Of a DNA stretch of 64,000 nucleotides, positions 1 through 9,337 are shown in pieces; position 1 is the stretch's first letter; each line of letters begins with the position of its first letter. The notes beneath the pieces are model-generated. The model did not search any database. It was not told the DNA's origin and saw nothing but the letters and a program-made list of their open reading frames with translations. The position numbers and the translations under genes are program-made. Origin of the DNA: Candidatus Omnitrophota bacterium (lineage in GTDB: Bacteria; Omnitrophota; Gorgyraeia; B26-G9); the NCBI GenBank assembly GCA_043806135.1, contig JAZDHG010000009.1, positions 430 through 64,429 of the forward strand. Reading direction: 5' to 3'.

Positions 1-2
1 AA

Positions 3-929
3 AGTATTATCTTCCGTCAGGTCGTGACCACGGTTAGAAGCGATGTTGAATCCGGATCAAGTTTATCAGCTGCTTTAGAGAAGCATCCTAGAATATTTAC
101 GCTGCTGTATACAAATATGGTAAAAGCGGGTGAGACCAGCGGTATGCTGGATGAGATCCTGGACCGTCTTGCCGGTTATCTTGAAAAGAGCGGAAGTTTA
201 CAGCGTAAGGTTAAATCAGCTATGGTTTACCCTGCGGTTGTTTCTCTGATGGCATTAGGTATTACATTAGTTTTGCTCTTGAAAGTTATTCCCACATTCA
301 AAGAAATTTTTTCTACCTTAGGCGGGACACTGCCTTTGCCTACACAAATACTCATAGGAATATCAGACACTTTAAGACAGTATTTTTTAATTGCAGTTAT
401 AATTCTGGGGTTGATCGCAATCGGTGTTAGAAAATTGGTACAGACGACTAAAGGCAGAGCGAAATTTGACCAGCTTAAACTTAATTTACCTGTTTTTGGT
501 TCATTGCTGCGAAAGGTTGCAGTAGCGCGGTTTTCGCGTACATTATCCACATTGATCAGGAGCGGTGTGCCTATTTTAGGTGCTTTGGAGATCGTGGGCA
601 AGACTGCAGGCAATGTTGTCATCGAAGATGCTGTTGAAAAGGCGCGTATCGGAATCCGTGAGGGAGAAAGTATTTCATCTCCTCTTGCCAAGAGTAAAGC
701 TTTTCCGCCTATGGTCACACGAATGATTTCGGTGGGTGAGGAATCAGGTGAGCTGGAGAAGATGTTGACCAAGATAGCGGATTTTTATGAGGATCAGGTA
801 GATGCTGCGGTAAGCGGTCTGACCAGTTTAATTGAGCCTTTGATCATTGCCTTTTTGGGTATTGTTGTTGGCTCAATTGTAGTGGCCATGTTCCTTCCAA
901 TATTCAAAATCACTGAGCTTATTGGATAG
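3..929 (+). CDS. pilC: Type IV pilus inner-membrane platform protein PilC (T2SS F family), 5'-truncated by window edge
   Basis: ORF open from window start; motifs AGETSGMLDEIL, SAMVYP, FSRTLSTLIRSGVPI, VGEESGELEKML, LIEP. Confidence 0.95.
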   Translation, partial: SIIFRQVVTTVRSDVESGSSLSAALEKHPRIFTLLYTNMVKAGETSGMLDEILDRLAGYLEKSGSLQRKVKSAMVYPAVVSLMALGITLVLLLKVIPTFKEIFSTLGGTLPLPTQILIGISDTLRQYFLIAVIILGLIAIGVRKLVQTTKGRAKFDQLKLNLPVFGSLLRKVAVARFSRTLSTLIRSGVPILGALEIVGKTAGNVVIEDAVEKARIGIREGESISSPLAKSKAFPPMVTRMISVGEESGELEKMLTKIADFYEDQVDAAVSGLTSLIEPLIIAFLGIVVGSIVVAMFLPIFKITELIG

Positions 930-986
930 ATATCTTAAGCTTTTGTTATTGCAATGATTAGAATAAAAATATACTTTTAAAAAGTA

Positions 987-1015
987 TTGACAAATGTTCG
1001 GGAGCAAGGTATAAT
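987..1015 (+). promoter_or_regulatory. sigma70-type promoter for riboswitch/minor pilin operon
   Basis: Exact TTGACA-17 nt-TATAAT. Confidence 0.85.
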
Positions 1016-1062
1016 TGTAGTAGAGGCAATATATCTAAATAATTTAGATTGCGCCCTTTTAT

Positions 1063-1222
1063 CGAGAAAGGCAAACCCGTTGAAAAACGGGGGCCCCGTC
1101 AACGCCTAAGAAGTTTATATTACACGATAGGCTGCCGGGCCCGGTGAAATAAAGAAGCATGAAGCCGGGGCAAAGCCACGGGTCTAAAGGTTTTCCTGAA
1201 AAGACGGCCGGGTTACCGAAAT
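1063..1222 (+). ncRNA. c-di-GMP-I (GEMM) riboswitch aptamer interrupted by a 75-bp insertion (1095-1169)
   Basis: GGCAAA-CCCGTT-GAAA-AACGGG-GGC[insert]GCAAAGCC-ACGGGTCTAA...AAGACGGCCGGGTTACCGAA matches the c-di-GMP-I pattern once the insert is removed. Confidence 0.8.
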
Positions 1223-1244
1223 AAAGGGAGAAAACCGATGATAG

Positions 1245-1279
1245 CCGAGCTACCGAAATAAAAGGTAGGTCGGTTTTTT
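1245..1279 (+). terminator. Intrinsic terminator (riboswitch expression platform)
   Basis: Stem CCGAGCTACC/GGTAGGTCGG followed by T6. Confidence 0.7.
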
Positions 1280-1290
1280 GTCTTTAGAAG

Positions 1291-1440
1291 CCATCCTATA
1301 ACAGTGAAGTAGCGGATGTCTTGATTGCATAGATTAGAGAGGAGATTACAGTGATTATAGAGAAAGATTACTTAACTGAGAAAACAATCGCCTGCACTTA
1401 TAATGTGCATAGTGAACTTGACCCAGGATTTATACTAGGA
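1291..1440 (+). repeat. Repeat family A copy 1 (cassette shell carrying GxxExxY gene remnant)
   Basis: Left hairpin CATCC...GGATG plus TTGAT..CATAGATTAGA.GGAGATTA and right end GGATT(T)ATAC.AGGAG shared with 22584-22848 and 57801-58050. Confidence 0.7.
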
Positions 1441-1452
1441 GTGTGGAAATGA
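1351..1452 (+). pseudogene. N-terminal remnant of a GxxExxY-family protein
   Basis: MIIEKDYLTEKTIACTYNVHSELDPGF resembles the GxxExxY N-terminus (LTEKIIGCAxxVHxxLGPGF), then breaks off. Confidence 0.65.
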
Positions 1453-2111
1453 AAGGGAAAAAGGGATTTACCCCGTTAGAGAAAACCATTCGGCTTCGTT
1501 TAGGACAGGCCACCGATGAAGGCGGTAGTAAACACCTTACAGAAATCGCCTATGGTTTATCTTGTAAGAGGCCAAGGAGCTTAGGGGGGGCAATGCTGCT
1601 GTTTGCGCATATCGGCCGCCGCGTGAGAGAAAATTTTTCTAACAGTATAAAAAAACATAGTTCTCTAACGGGGTTTACTCTGGTAGAAATTCTTATATCA
1701 ACAGCTATAATGGCCATTGCGATCACTTCTACTTTGCAGATTTTGAACTATCTTCTGATGATGAATGAAACAAACGATGTTACTGTGCTATGTATGAATG
1801 AACTGCAGGGAAGGATAGATCAGGTTCGTAATACGCTTTATTCAGATGTAGTAGGTGTATATAACGGCAGGCAGTTTCAGATTGCTGAGTTGACTAATCG
1901 CGGTATACAGCATAGAGGGGTGTTTATTGCCAGTGAAATTGAGCCCTTATTTATAACTCGGGTAAAGGTAGTTGTTTGCTGGAGAAACAGAACAAGGATA
2001 ATCGGTGAGGATGTTAATTTTAACGGGGTGCTTGATGCAGGGGAAGATACTAACGGAAACGGAGAACTGGACTCTCCGATCATGATGGACGCGGCGGTTA
2101 TTGACAGATAA
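1449..2111 (+). CDS. Minor pilin (PilV-like) with 69-aa insertion in the leader peptide
   Basis: G|FTLVEILIS prepilin motif plus hydrophobic helix; duplicated GFT motif upstream. Confidence 0.85.
   Translation: MKGKKGFTPLEKTIRLRLGQATDEGGSKHLTEIAYGLSCKRPRSLGGAMLLFAHIGRRVRENFSNSIKKHSSLTGFTLVEILISTAIMAIAITSTLQILNYLLMMNETNDVTVLCMNELQGRIDQVRNTLYSDVVGVYNGRQFQIAELTNRGIQHRGVFIASEIEPLFITRVKVVVCWRNRTRIIGEDVNFNGVLDAGEDTNGNGELDSPIMMDAAVIDR
1471..1673 (+). mobile_element. 203-bp palindromic element (13-bp perfect TIR CCCCGTTAGAGAA), TTTA on both sides
   Basis: TIRs 1471-1483 and 1661-1673; TTTA at 1467-1470 and 1674-1677; 207 bp total keeps frame. Confidence 0.85.
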
Positions 2112-2132
2112 ATTTTAAAGGAGAATTTTCAG

Positions 2133-2795
2133 ATGTTCAAGAAGAAATGCGCATATACGCTGGTGGAGCTTTTAGTGTCGCTGGCTATATTTTCAATTGT
2201 GATCGGTTCGTTGTTAACCATACTTATTTCACAGAATAATTTTTTCAGCAGAGCTTCAGCAAGAATGGACGTGGGCGTAACGGCGCGGAAAGTAATGGAT
2301 AATATGATCAAGGAACTAAGAAGTTCGAAGCTTGATGAAGTCATTATTTATAATATTCCTATGGATCAAGGAGGAGTTCTTGATTATACAGATGCTCTAA
2401 GCATTAACTTCCGGGTTCCGGTTGATTTCGATTCAGATGGCGATGTGTTTGATAATTTCGGCAGAATTGAATGGGGCACAGAGGAAGAACTTGACGGAAG
2501 CATAGAATACTTTTGGGACAGTGCTAATGACAGGGTAATTAGAAGATTGTGGGACTCGACAGGCGTTTCTAATTTCGAATCAGTGATTGCAGAAAATATT
2601 ACTGATTTTAGAATTAATGCGTTTTCCTATGCCGGCGGCGGTAACTTAGTGCCGGCTACTGTGAATCCAAACGATGCATTTGCCCCTGAAATCGTTACGA
2701 TCGCGGTTACGGCCCAAAGAGATACGGTTGGCGGAAGGGTATTAGCAGTGCCGCTGACTTATACATTGACTAATAGCGTTACATGGCGCAATTAA
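2133..2795 (+). CDS. Minor pilin (PilW-like), prepilin-type N-terminal methylation domain
   Basis: KKCA|YTLVELLVSLAI motif plus hydrophobic helix. Confidence 0.8.
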   Translation: MFKKKCAYTLVELLVSLAIFSIVIGSLLTILISQNNFFSRASARMDVGVTARKVMDNMIKELRSSKLDEVIIYNIPMDQGGVLDYTDALSINFRVPVDFDSDGDVFDNFGRIEWGTEEELDGSIEYFWDSANDRVIRRLWDSTGVSNFESVIAENITDFRINAFSYAGGGNLVPATVNPNDAFAPEIVTIAVTAQRDTVGGRVLAVPLTYTLTNSVTWRN

Positions 2796-2828
2796 GAATT
2801 TGCAGATAAACTTCAAAGGAGGTGCACT

Positions 2829-5561
2829 GTGAAAGTGCTCAAAAATCAAAAGGGAACGATCCTGGTTGCTACCTATATTGTATTATCCGTTATTATTGTG
2901 GTTGCGAGTGCTTTTTTCACCTTGGTAGTAACCAATAACAAAGCTGTAGTTAAAGCAAATAACGGAGCAAGAGCGCTCAGCTATGCGGAAAAGGGAATTG
3001 CCTATGTTTATTTTGAATCCTATAATCTTGGCTGGGACTGGTATACGCATGAGTGGAATGGCGCGAAAAATAAGCTTATTAAAATCCCTGCAGCCGATAG
3101 ATTAAAATCCCGCGATGACTGTGAGTTTGATGATAGTACGGGTTTTTATGTTCATAACAGCGGAGAGTTTATGGTTAAGGCTTATCCTGATCTGGTTAGA
3201 GAGGATGACACAATTGTGGTTTCCATGGGCATATGCGCAGGAGAACGGAGAGTAATCATGTACTATCTTACCCGGCGGGGTATTTATGACTTTTTTGTCT
3301 TCTCTCCTTATAATCTTGATCTGTATGGAGCTGTAGGCAGGGACCCGAAAATGAACGGGGGAGGGATTCATTCTAACGGAGACATATCTGTGAGCACGTA
3401 TATGCGGCTTGAAGATGTATCTGAGCTGAGCGCAGGTGAAAACGGGAGCATCTATTATACCAGCAGCCAGTATGCAGCCCCATATTATGCGGATGTTCTG
3501 GACGGGGTTATGGACGGCAGGGCGCCGATAACAAGACTGGATAATCTTGCTAATCTCTTTCGTAATGACATTGTTGATCCGATGCAGTCAGGACCATTCG
3601 GTTATTATAATTCAGCTAAAGCATGGGGATGGAAATCATACGCTTATTATTTTGTGAGAGATAGTATGGGCTATTACCCGACTGACGCTTTCAGCAATAC
3701 GGATGCACACTTTACCGGCAGTGATAATAGCAGATTCAATATTAATCCCGGAGCCTGGGATGGAACCAGCGGTACGGTTAATAACTCGTCAGAGCCTCTG
3801 AATGTATATAATCTTTGGATAAAGCCTTATGAGCTGGATGAAGATGGTAATAAGATTGCACATGTCTGGGCCCAGATGCCGGCAGAGCTGGACGAGGAAT
3901 GGGCCTGGGATAAATATATCGGAAGTAGGAGTTCTTCTGAGCAGCCGACCAGTTTCTATACTTACAACAACAGCGGTACTGCGGTAGATGTGGCTAATAC
4001 CTACTGGGAGATTCTTGGCCCAAATAATGTGGTAATGCTAGACCCGCCTATCGGCGGCACAGCAGAAGAATGGGCGGCTTTTAATCTGGCCCATCCTTCA
4101 GCCAAGCAGTACTGGGATATGTATAAAGCTCCGGATTATTGGCAGGCTGTACGCGGGAACAGTTATTACGGTACATATCTAAATGAAGAGGCTATGGACG
4201 GAACTTATGGTAACGACAGGGCGATCAGTGAATATATTGATGTCAAGCATACCAACTCTATGAAGCAGCCCAGCGCATGGGAAGATTTTTTAAAGGACTC
4301 AGGGCTTGATGGCTTTGTACGTGACGGCAATACCGGAGGGGAATATCTTACCCCGCCGGATTTTGAGGAAAGCTATTCCAGACTGGCTGAAAAAGACGGC
4401 GTGATCATCAATCTTGACGCAGAATATAGTGGTGGTTTTGCAAATTATGATGAATGGCAGGCGGCCATGGAAAGAAGTATTGATATTGCCGTAGATATGT
4501 TTAATGACGGGAATTCGGAAAAGGGAATTGCCAAAAAAGTGGAGTTTATTAATACCTTTACAGGAAAATGGAACGTGGTTCTCGAGTTAGATCTGGAAAA
4601 AATGCAGCAATGGAGCAAATACCCGCATAATGGGATATTGTACACTAAAGTTCCTATAAGAATAACCAATGCCTCAGAACTTGCCAGGGCAAGGGAAAAA
4701 TACGGGTTTACAGTTTTGGGTGAGGAAAATATTTATTTGCAGGGTGATTATAATACGGTAGACTGGGTCACCAGCGCGATCATTTCCCAAAAACGTGTAT
4801 TTACTCTATCTGATGATTTTAATGACCCGCAGGTTGCGCCGGCACCGCAGAATTATCCGGATTATCCCTATATTTATGTCAAGGACAATGGAACCGGAAC
4901 TTTTGCGGAAGTTCCCTATGCCTCAGGCGGCGGAAGCTGGGTTTATTCAGGTTATCTTGATAACGATGGGGTTGTTGATATAATTGATTATTATCCGCAA
5001 ATTAATGACGCAAATGAAAGAAGCCTGCTTACAATAATCGGGCAGAAGAATACTAACTACCGCGCTGTGTTTAATAAAGATGACCCTACAGGAGCAGCTA
5101 CGGATACATGGACCTGGTCAGGAACAGGGGAGACGTATACATCAGGAATGATGGCCAATAAGGTAACTAAAAACCAAACCCTTAATTGTCTTATTGCCTC
5201 CAACCGCTGGCTGGGCAGCTATCAGAGCGATAAAGGCGATATCCTTGAGAGCTGGGGAGGATTCAACCGCATTTTTAACGGATCTTATTTTGTGCTTGAA
5301 TATGAAGGGTTTACAGCGGCAAATAGTGAATTTGTTGATTATAGCACCAGTAGTTTAGGATACAATAACCGCGGCAGAAGAATTAACAGTGATTTCTTTT
5401 GGGGTGCATATTATCTGTCCTCATATTATGCTAATGAGTCCATAGAATATGACGAGAGATTTAAAACAGCGACAAGGGCTCCTTCAGATGTCTTCTTCGG
5501 CGGAGCAGAGTCTCTTTGGGCTGAGGCAACAGAAGTGTTTTTCTATAAGACTGACTTTTAA
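2829..5561 (+). CDS. Large PilX-like pilin-anchored protein (910 aa), possible tip adhesin
   Basis: NQKG|TILVAT without E5, TM helix, ARALSYAEKGI PilX-type motif, third in the minor pilin cluster. Confidence 0.7.
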   Translation: MKVLKNQKGTILVATYIVLSVIIVVASAFFTLVVTNNKAVVKANNGARALSYAEKGIAYVYFESYNLGWDWYTHEWNGAKNKLIKIPAADRLKSRDDCEFDDSTGFYVHNSGEFMVKAYPDLVREDDTIVVSMGICAGERRVIMYYLTRRGIYDFFVFSPYNLDLYGAVGRDPKMNGGGIHSNGDISVSTYMRLEDVSELSAGENGSIYYTSSQYAAPYYADVLDGVMDGRAPITRLDNLANLFRNDIVDPMQSGPFGYYNSAKAWGWKSYAYYFVRDSMGYYPTDAFSNTDAHFTGSDNSRFNINPGAWDGTSGTVNNSSEPLNVYNLWIKPYELDEDGNKIAHVWAQMPAELDEEWAWDKYIGSRSSSEQPTSFYTYNNSGTAVDVANTYWEILGPNNVVMLDPPIGGTAEEWAAFNLAHPSAKQYWDMYKAPDYWQAVRGNSYYGTYLNEEAMDGTYGNDRAISEYIDVKHTNSMKQPSAWEDFLKDSGLDGFVRDGNTGGEYLTPPDFEESYSRLAEKDGVIINLDAEYSGGFANYDEWQAAMERSIDIAVDMFNDGNSEKGIAKKVEFINTFTGKWNVVLELDLEKMQQWSKYPHNGILYTKVPIRITNASELARAREKYGFTVLGEENIYLQGDYNTVDWVTSAIISQKRVFTLSDDFNDPQVAPAPQNYPDYPYIYVKDNGTGTFAEVPYASGGGSWVYSGYLDNDGVVDIIDYYPQINDANERSLLTIIGQKNTNYRAVFNKDDPTGAATDTWTWSGTGETYTSGMMANKVTKNQTLNCLIASNRWLGSYQSDKGDILESWGGFNRIFNGSYFVLEYEGFTAANSEFVDYSTSSLGYNNRGRRINSDFFWGAYYLSSYYANESIEYDERFKTATRAPSDVFFGGAESLWAEATEVFFYKTDF

Positions 5562-5582
5562 TAAATCAGGGGGGATTGATAC

Positions 5583-5972
5583 ATGGACACAAAAGTAAAA
5601 ATTACGATAATCACGGTTGCAGCCTTATTGCTTATTATAATCGGTACAAGCATCCATCAGACTTTAAGGCCCCAAAAAACCGGTGTTTTAGACAAGTTTG
5701 AATCTGACACCGTCAAAAGGCAATCTCAGAGTGAACACAAAGACGTCATAAGAGCAAATGTTCCCATAAGAAACAGCAGGTATTTTTTTCCTAACAGGGA
5801 TAAGCCGAAAGTAAAGGTGGATCCAACTGCTATGGACGAAAAGGTTGAACTTGCCGGTGAACAGGATAGGGGTATGCCGGATGAATTTGCCCCTGATACA
5901 GGTCCTGAAATGAAGAACGTGGATGAATTAAAACTCTGGGACGAGCTTTCCGGTGAAAATAAGGCAAAGTAG
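5583..5972 (+). CDS. Hypothetical protein with N-terminal membrane anchor
   Basis: 129-aa ORF with G-rich RBS and a hydrophobic N-terminus. Confidence 0.6.
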   Translation: MDTKVKITIITVAALLLIIIGTSIHQTLRPQKTGVLDKFESDTVKRQSQSEHKDVIRANVPIRNSRYFFPNRDKPKVKVDPTAMDEKVELAGEQDRGMPDEFAPDTGPEMKNVDELKLWDELSGENKAK

Positions 5973-6088
5973 CAATCGCCTGAAAAGGCGCATGATTAAA
6001 AGTTTGCTTGAACAGCGGTAAAAATAAAGACAACTCAGGGGAATGAGAAGGTTTGACTTTTTCCCGTTCCTCTTTTATAATAACTGTA

Positions 6089-7375
6089 ATGCTCATAGGT
6101 AGAGATTTCTTATACTCAATAATTTTTTTACGTTTTGCTCTTGCGACGGTTATTCTGATAATCAATACTACTCTTTTTGGATTAGCCCATACGCAGGTTT
6201 ATTTCCTGATATCTACTATTTATATTCTCACCATTTTATATTCATTGATGGCTTTAGTAAAGTTTTCCAACACGGCTTTTTTATACCTGCAGATCATCCT
6301 TGATCTGGTAATTGAGACACTGCTTATTCACTACACCGGCGGGGTAGATTCTGTGCTGGTTTTATTGCTGCCGCTTTCGACTATTGCTGCCGGTATCGTT
6401 ATCTCCGGGCGGGCTGCGATAATGATCGCTCTCATGGGCAGCGCAATGTACGCAGGTATTGTGAGCCTTGAATTCTGGGGAATAATTCCTTTACCGGAGG
6501 GGTTTCTAAATGATCTTAATCATGAGGGGTCTTATGTCTTTGCACTGCTCTATTTCCGTGTTACCGTGTTCTGCATCATCGGTTTCTTAAGCGCTTATAT
6601 TTCAGAACAGTTAAGCAGAAAAGACAAAGTGCTTATTTCTTTGCAGGAAAAACTTCGCCGAGAAGACAGACTTTATGCTATCGGAAAACTGGCGGCCAAT
6701 ACGGCGCATGAAATACGCAACCCGCTGGCCTCAATCTCCGGCTGTGTGGAAGCGTTAAACGAGAGCCTTGTTTTAGAAGGCAATAATGAAAAACTATTCA
6801 AGCTGATCATGAAAGAGACTACGCGCTTGAACGATATAATCAACGGGCTGCTTGAATATGTTAAACCGCGCAGGCTGCAGCTTGAAAGGGTAAACATCTC
6901 AAAGATTCTGGATGAGGTCATATTCCTGATTAAAAGCAGTAAGGATTTTAAAAAAGATATCTTAATAAAAAAAGAAGGGCAAGAAAATGGTTTGAGCGTG
7001 ATCTGTGATCCCCAACAGATCAAACAGGTTTTTTTTAACCTGCTTATTAATGCGGTTGAGGCGGTAGATGAAAATGGACGTATAGTTATAACCCAGGAGG
7101 TCAATTCTGACAAGGGTCAAATTGTGATAAGTTTCAGTGATAACGGAGAGGGGATTTCCCCGGATCGCATGGAATCTCTTTTTGAGCCTTTTTCCAGCGG
7201 CAAAGATACAGGTGTGGGATTGGGGCTGGCCATAGTTCTTAGCATAATAGAGGAGCATAAAGGCAATATTAATGTCGAAACTAAAAAGGGTAAGGGGACG
7301 AAGTTTTCCGTTTGCTTACCTTTAAATGAAAAAAATACAGGTGAGAGTGATGCAGGGAAAGATACTTTTAGTTGA
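6089..7375 (+). CDS. pilS: PilS-like membrane sensor histidine kinase
   Basis: Multiple TM helices, AHEIRNPL H-box, NLLINA, DNGEG and GVGLGL boxes; upstream of PilR and pilA; start may be 6053. Confidence 0.85.
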   Translation: MLIGRDFLYSIIFLRFALATVILIINTTLFGLAHTQVYFLISTIYILTILYSLMALVKFSNTAFLYLQIILDLVIETLLIHYTGGVDSVLVLLLPLSTIAAGIVISGRAAIMIALMGSAMYAGIVSLEFWGIIPLPEGFLNDLNHEGSYVFALLYFRVTVFCIIGFLSAYISEQLSRKDKVLISLQEKLRREDRLYAIGKLAANTAHEIRNPLASISGCVEALNESLVLEGNNEKLFKLIMKETTRLNDIINGLLEYVKPRRLQLERVNISKILDEVIFLIKSSKDFKKDILIKKEGQENGLSVICDPQQIKQVFFNLLINAVEAVDENGRIVITQEVNSDKGQIVISFSDNGEGISPDRMESLFEPFSSGKDTGVGLGLAIVLSIIEEHKGNINVETKKGKGTKFSVCLPLNEKNTGESDAGKDTFS

Positions 7376-8702
7376 TGATGAAAAAGACTTGTTGGAGTGG
7401 CTGAGCGTTGTATTAGAAAAGGAAGGTTATTCTGTGCGCAGTACTGTTTCCGCAGAGGAGGCGCTTAAAATCTTCCGCGCGGAACAATTTGATATGATTA
7501 TTTCTGATATTAGAATGACACCTGTGAGCGGCATTGAACTTCTCAGACAGGTTAAAAACCATAATCCGGAAATCATTGTCTTGATGATAACCGCATATGC
7601 TTCTGTGGATACGGCGATTAAGGCGCTGCGGTACGGGGCATATGATTATCTGATCAAGCCTTTTAAACTTGATGACATCAAACTTGTGATCAAAAAAGCA
7701 TTTTCCCAAAAGAGAATTTTTACGGAAGATATAAATGTACAAAAAAAGCTGAAAGAGCGGTACCGTTTTGCTAATATTATCGGTAAAAGCGCTACCATGC
7801 AGAAAATATTCGATCTGATCGATAAAGTGGCCAAGACAAATACAACTGTCCTCATAAACGGAGAAAGCGGGACTGGAAAAGAGCTGATCGCCAAGGCATT
7901 GCATTTTAACAGTTTAAAAGCCAATAAGCCGTTTGTCTCGATTGACTGCGGGGCCTTGCCTGAAGATCTGCTTGAGAGCGAGTTATTCGGGCATGTGAAG
8001 GGGTCTTTTACCGGAGCTATTGCCACTAAACAGGGGTTATTTGAAGTTGCCAGCGGCGGTACCTTGTTTTTAGATGAAATAGGTGAGACATCTCAGGCTA
8101 TGCAGGCTAAGCTGTTGCGAGCTTTGCAGGAGCGGGAGATACGGCCGGTGGGGGCAACCAAAACAATTAAGATTGATGTCAGGATCATTGCCGCTACGAA
8201 CAGTAATCTGGAAGAAGAGGTTAAACGGGAAAACTTCAGAAAGGACCTTTTTTATCGTATAAGCGTAATCAGCTTATTTTTGCCGCGTCTTTCGGCTCGA
8301 AAAGAAGATATTGAGCTTCTGGTAAGTCACTTTCTGAAAAAATACCAGATCCCGGGCAGGCCTATGAAAACAATTTCGAAGGAATGTATGGACTTGTTCC
8401 TGGAGTATAATTGGCCGGGTAATGTCCGTGAATTGGAAAATGCAATGGAGAGCGCAGTAACCTTATCAGAGAATGATAAGATTACTGAGGCTGACTTACC
8501 TGAAAGAATAAAGAAAATGGCGCAGTCAGGTGAGTCTGAGAGTGTTGATGAGGAGTCACTTAAGGGCAAGGTTGAGCAGTTTGAAAAAGAATTGATCGCA
8601 AAAACAATGAAAGAAGTGGGTGGTAATAAGAATCTTGTTGCTAAAATTCTGAAGATGACCCGGAGAAATCTTGATTATAAGATCAAAAGATATGGACTGT
8701 GA
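7350..8702 (+). CDS. pilR: sigma54-dependent response regulator (PilR/NtrC family)
   Basis: REC domain, GESGTGKE, ESELFGH..GSFTGA, WPGNVRELEN, C-terminal HTH. Confidence 0.9.
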   Translation: MQGKILLVDDEKDLLEWLSVVLEKEGYSVRSTVSAEEALKIFRAEQFDMIISDIRMTPVSGIELLRQVKNHNPEIIVLMITAYASVDTAIKALRYGAYDYLIKPFKLDDIKLVIKKAFSQKRIFTEDINVQKKLKERYRFANIIGKSATMQKIFDLIDKVAKTNTTVLINGESGTGKELIAKALHFNSLKANKPFVSIDCGALPEDLLESELFGHVKGSFTGAIATKQGLFEVASGGTLFLDEIGETSQAMQAKLLRALQEREIRPVGATKTIKIDVRIIAATNSNLEEEVKRENFRKDLFYRISVISLFLPRLSARKEDIELLVSHFLKKYQIPGRPMKTISKECMDLFLEYNWPGNVRELENAMESAVTLSENDKITEADLPERIKKMAQSGESESVDEESLKGKVEQFEKELIAKTMKEVGGNKNLVAKILKMTRRNLDYKIKRYGL

Positions 8703-8705
8703 GGC

Positions 8706-9000
8706 AAGTTAAAAGTTAAAAGTAGATTAGCTGATGGCTCATAGCTCATGGGAAAAGCAAAAGAAACCGAAAGATGAAGGATGACCGCTGCGCTGGGAGG
8801 AAGGACGCAAAAGCAGTTATGAATGACTAATTATGAGTTACGAGTGAAAAAGGTGAGCGGTAGCGTTGCCCCCTCCACACGGCAAGGCGGGCAGGCGTTT
8901 CGTCTTACGGCAACGTGCATCGTTTTAAAAACAGACTAGTTTTAGCCGTAACCATTAAACGTAACCGATACGGGCTTCGCTACCGTTAGACGTTACCGAA
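8706..9000. repeat. Stack of short tandem-repeat arms
   Basis: AAAAGTT/AAAAGTA, GCTGATG/GCTCATA/GCTCATG, GAAAGAT/GAAGGAT/GAAGGAC, TTATGAA/TTATGAG/TTACGAG, GGTAGCG...CGCTACC/CGTTACC. Confidence 0.6.
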
Positions 9001-9260
9001 TGTAAATATATCTTCTTGATAGTACAGTAAATTTAAAAGTAACTGCAAAAGATGAGAAGGTATTAGGCCTGCCATTTAAATCGTTTTCTTTTATAAACTC
9101 TTTATAAGGAAATAATTTTCAGAGAATGAGAAAAAAATTTCCTGCATTTAAAAGGTCAAGGAATTTATCCACAATTAGTGCTTAATGTATTAAACATGTA
9201 ACTTATTAGATCGCAGTAAATTGTGCGTATTTTTAGCTTGAATTTAATTTAAATAATATT

Positions 9261-9276
9261 TGGCACGCCTGTTGCT
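9261..9276 (+). promoter_or_regulatory. sigma54 -24/-12 promoter of pilA
   Basis: TGGCAC-GCCTG-TTGCT directly upstream of pilA and downstream of pilSR. Confidence 0.9.
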
Positions 9277-9337
9277 CTTTATAACATGGGCTTTAACTAT
9301 TTGTTAACCGTTTTTGAAATTAGAAGGAGGTGTTATT

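Noticed and set aside
3371-3382. TCTAACGGAG inside the PilX-like gene
   Set aside because: No partner TIR or TTTA/TAAA flank; it encodes the HSNG motif, a chance match.
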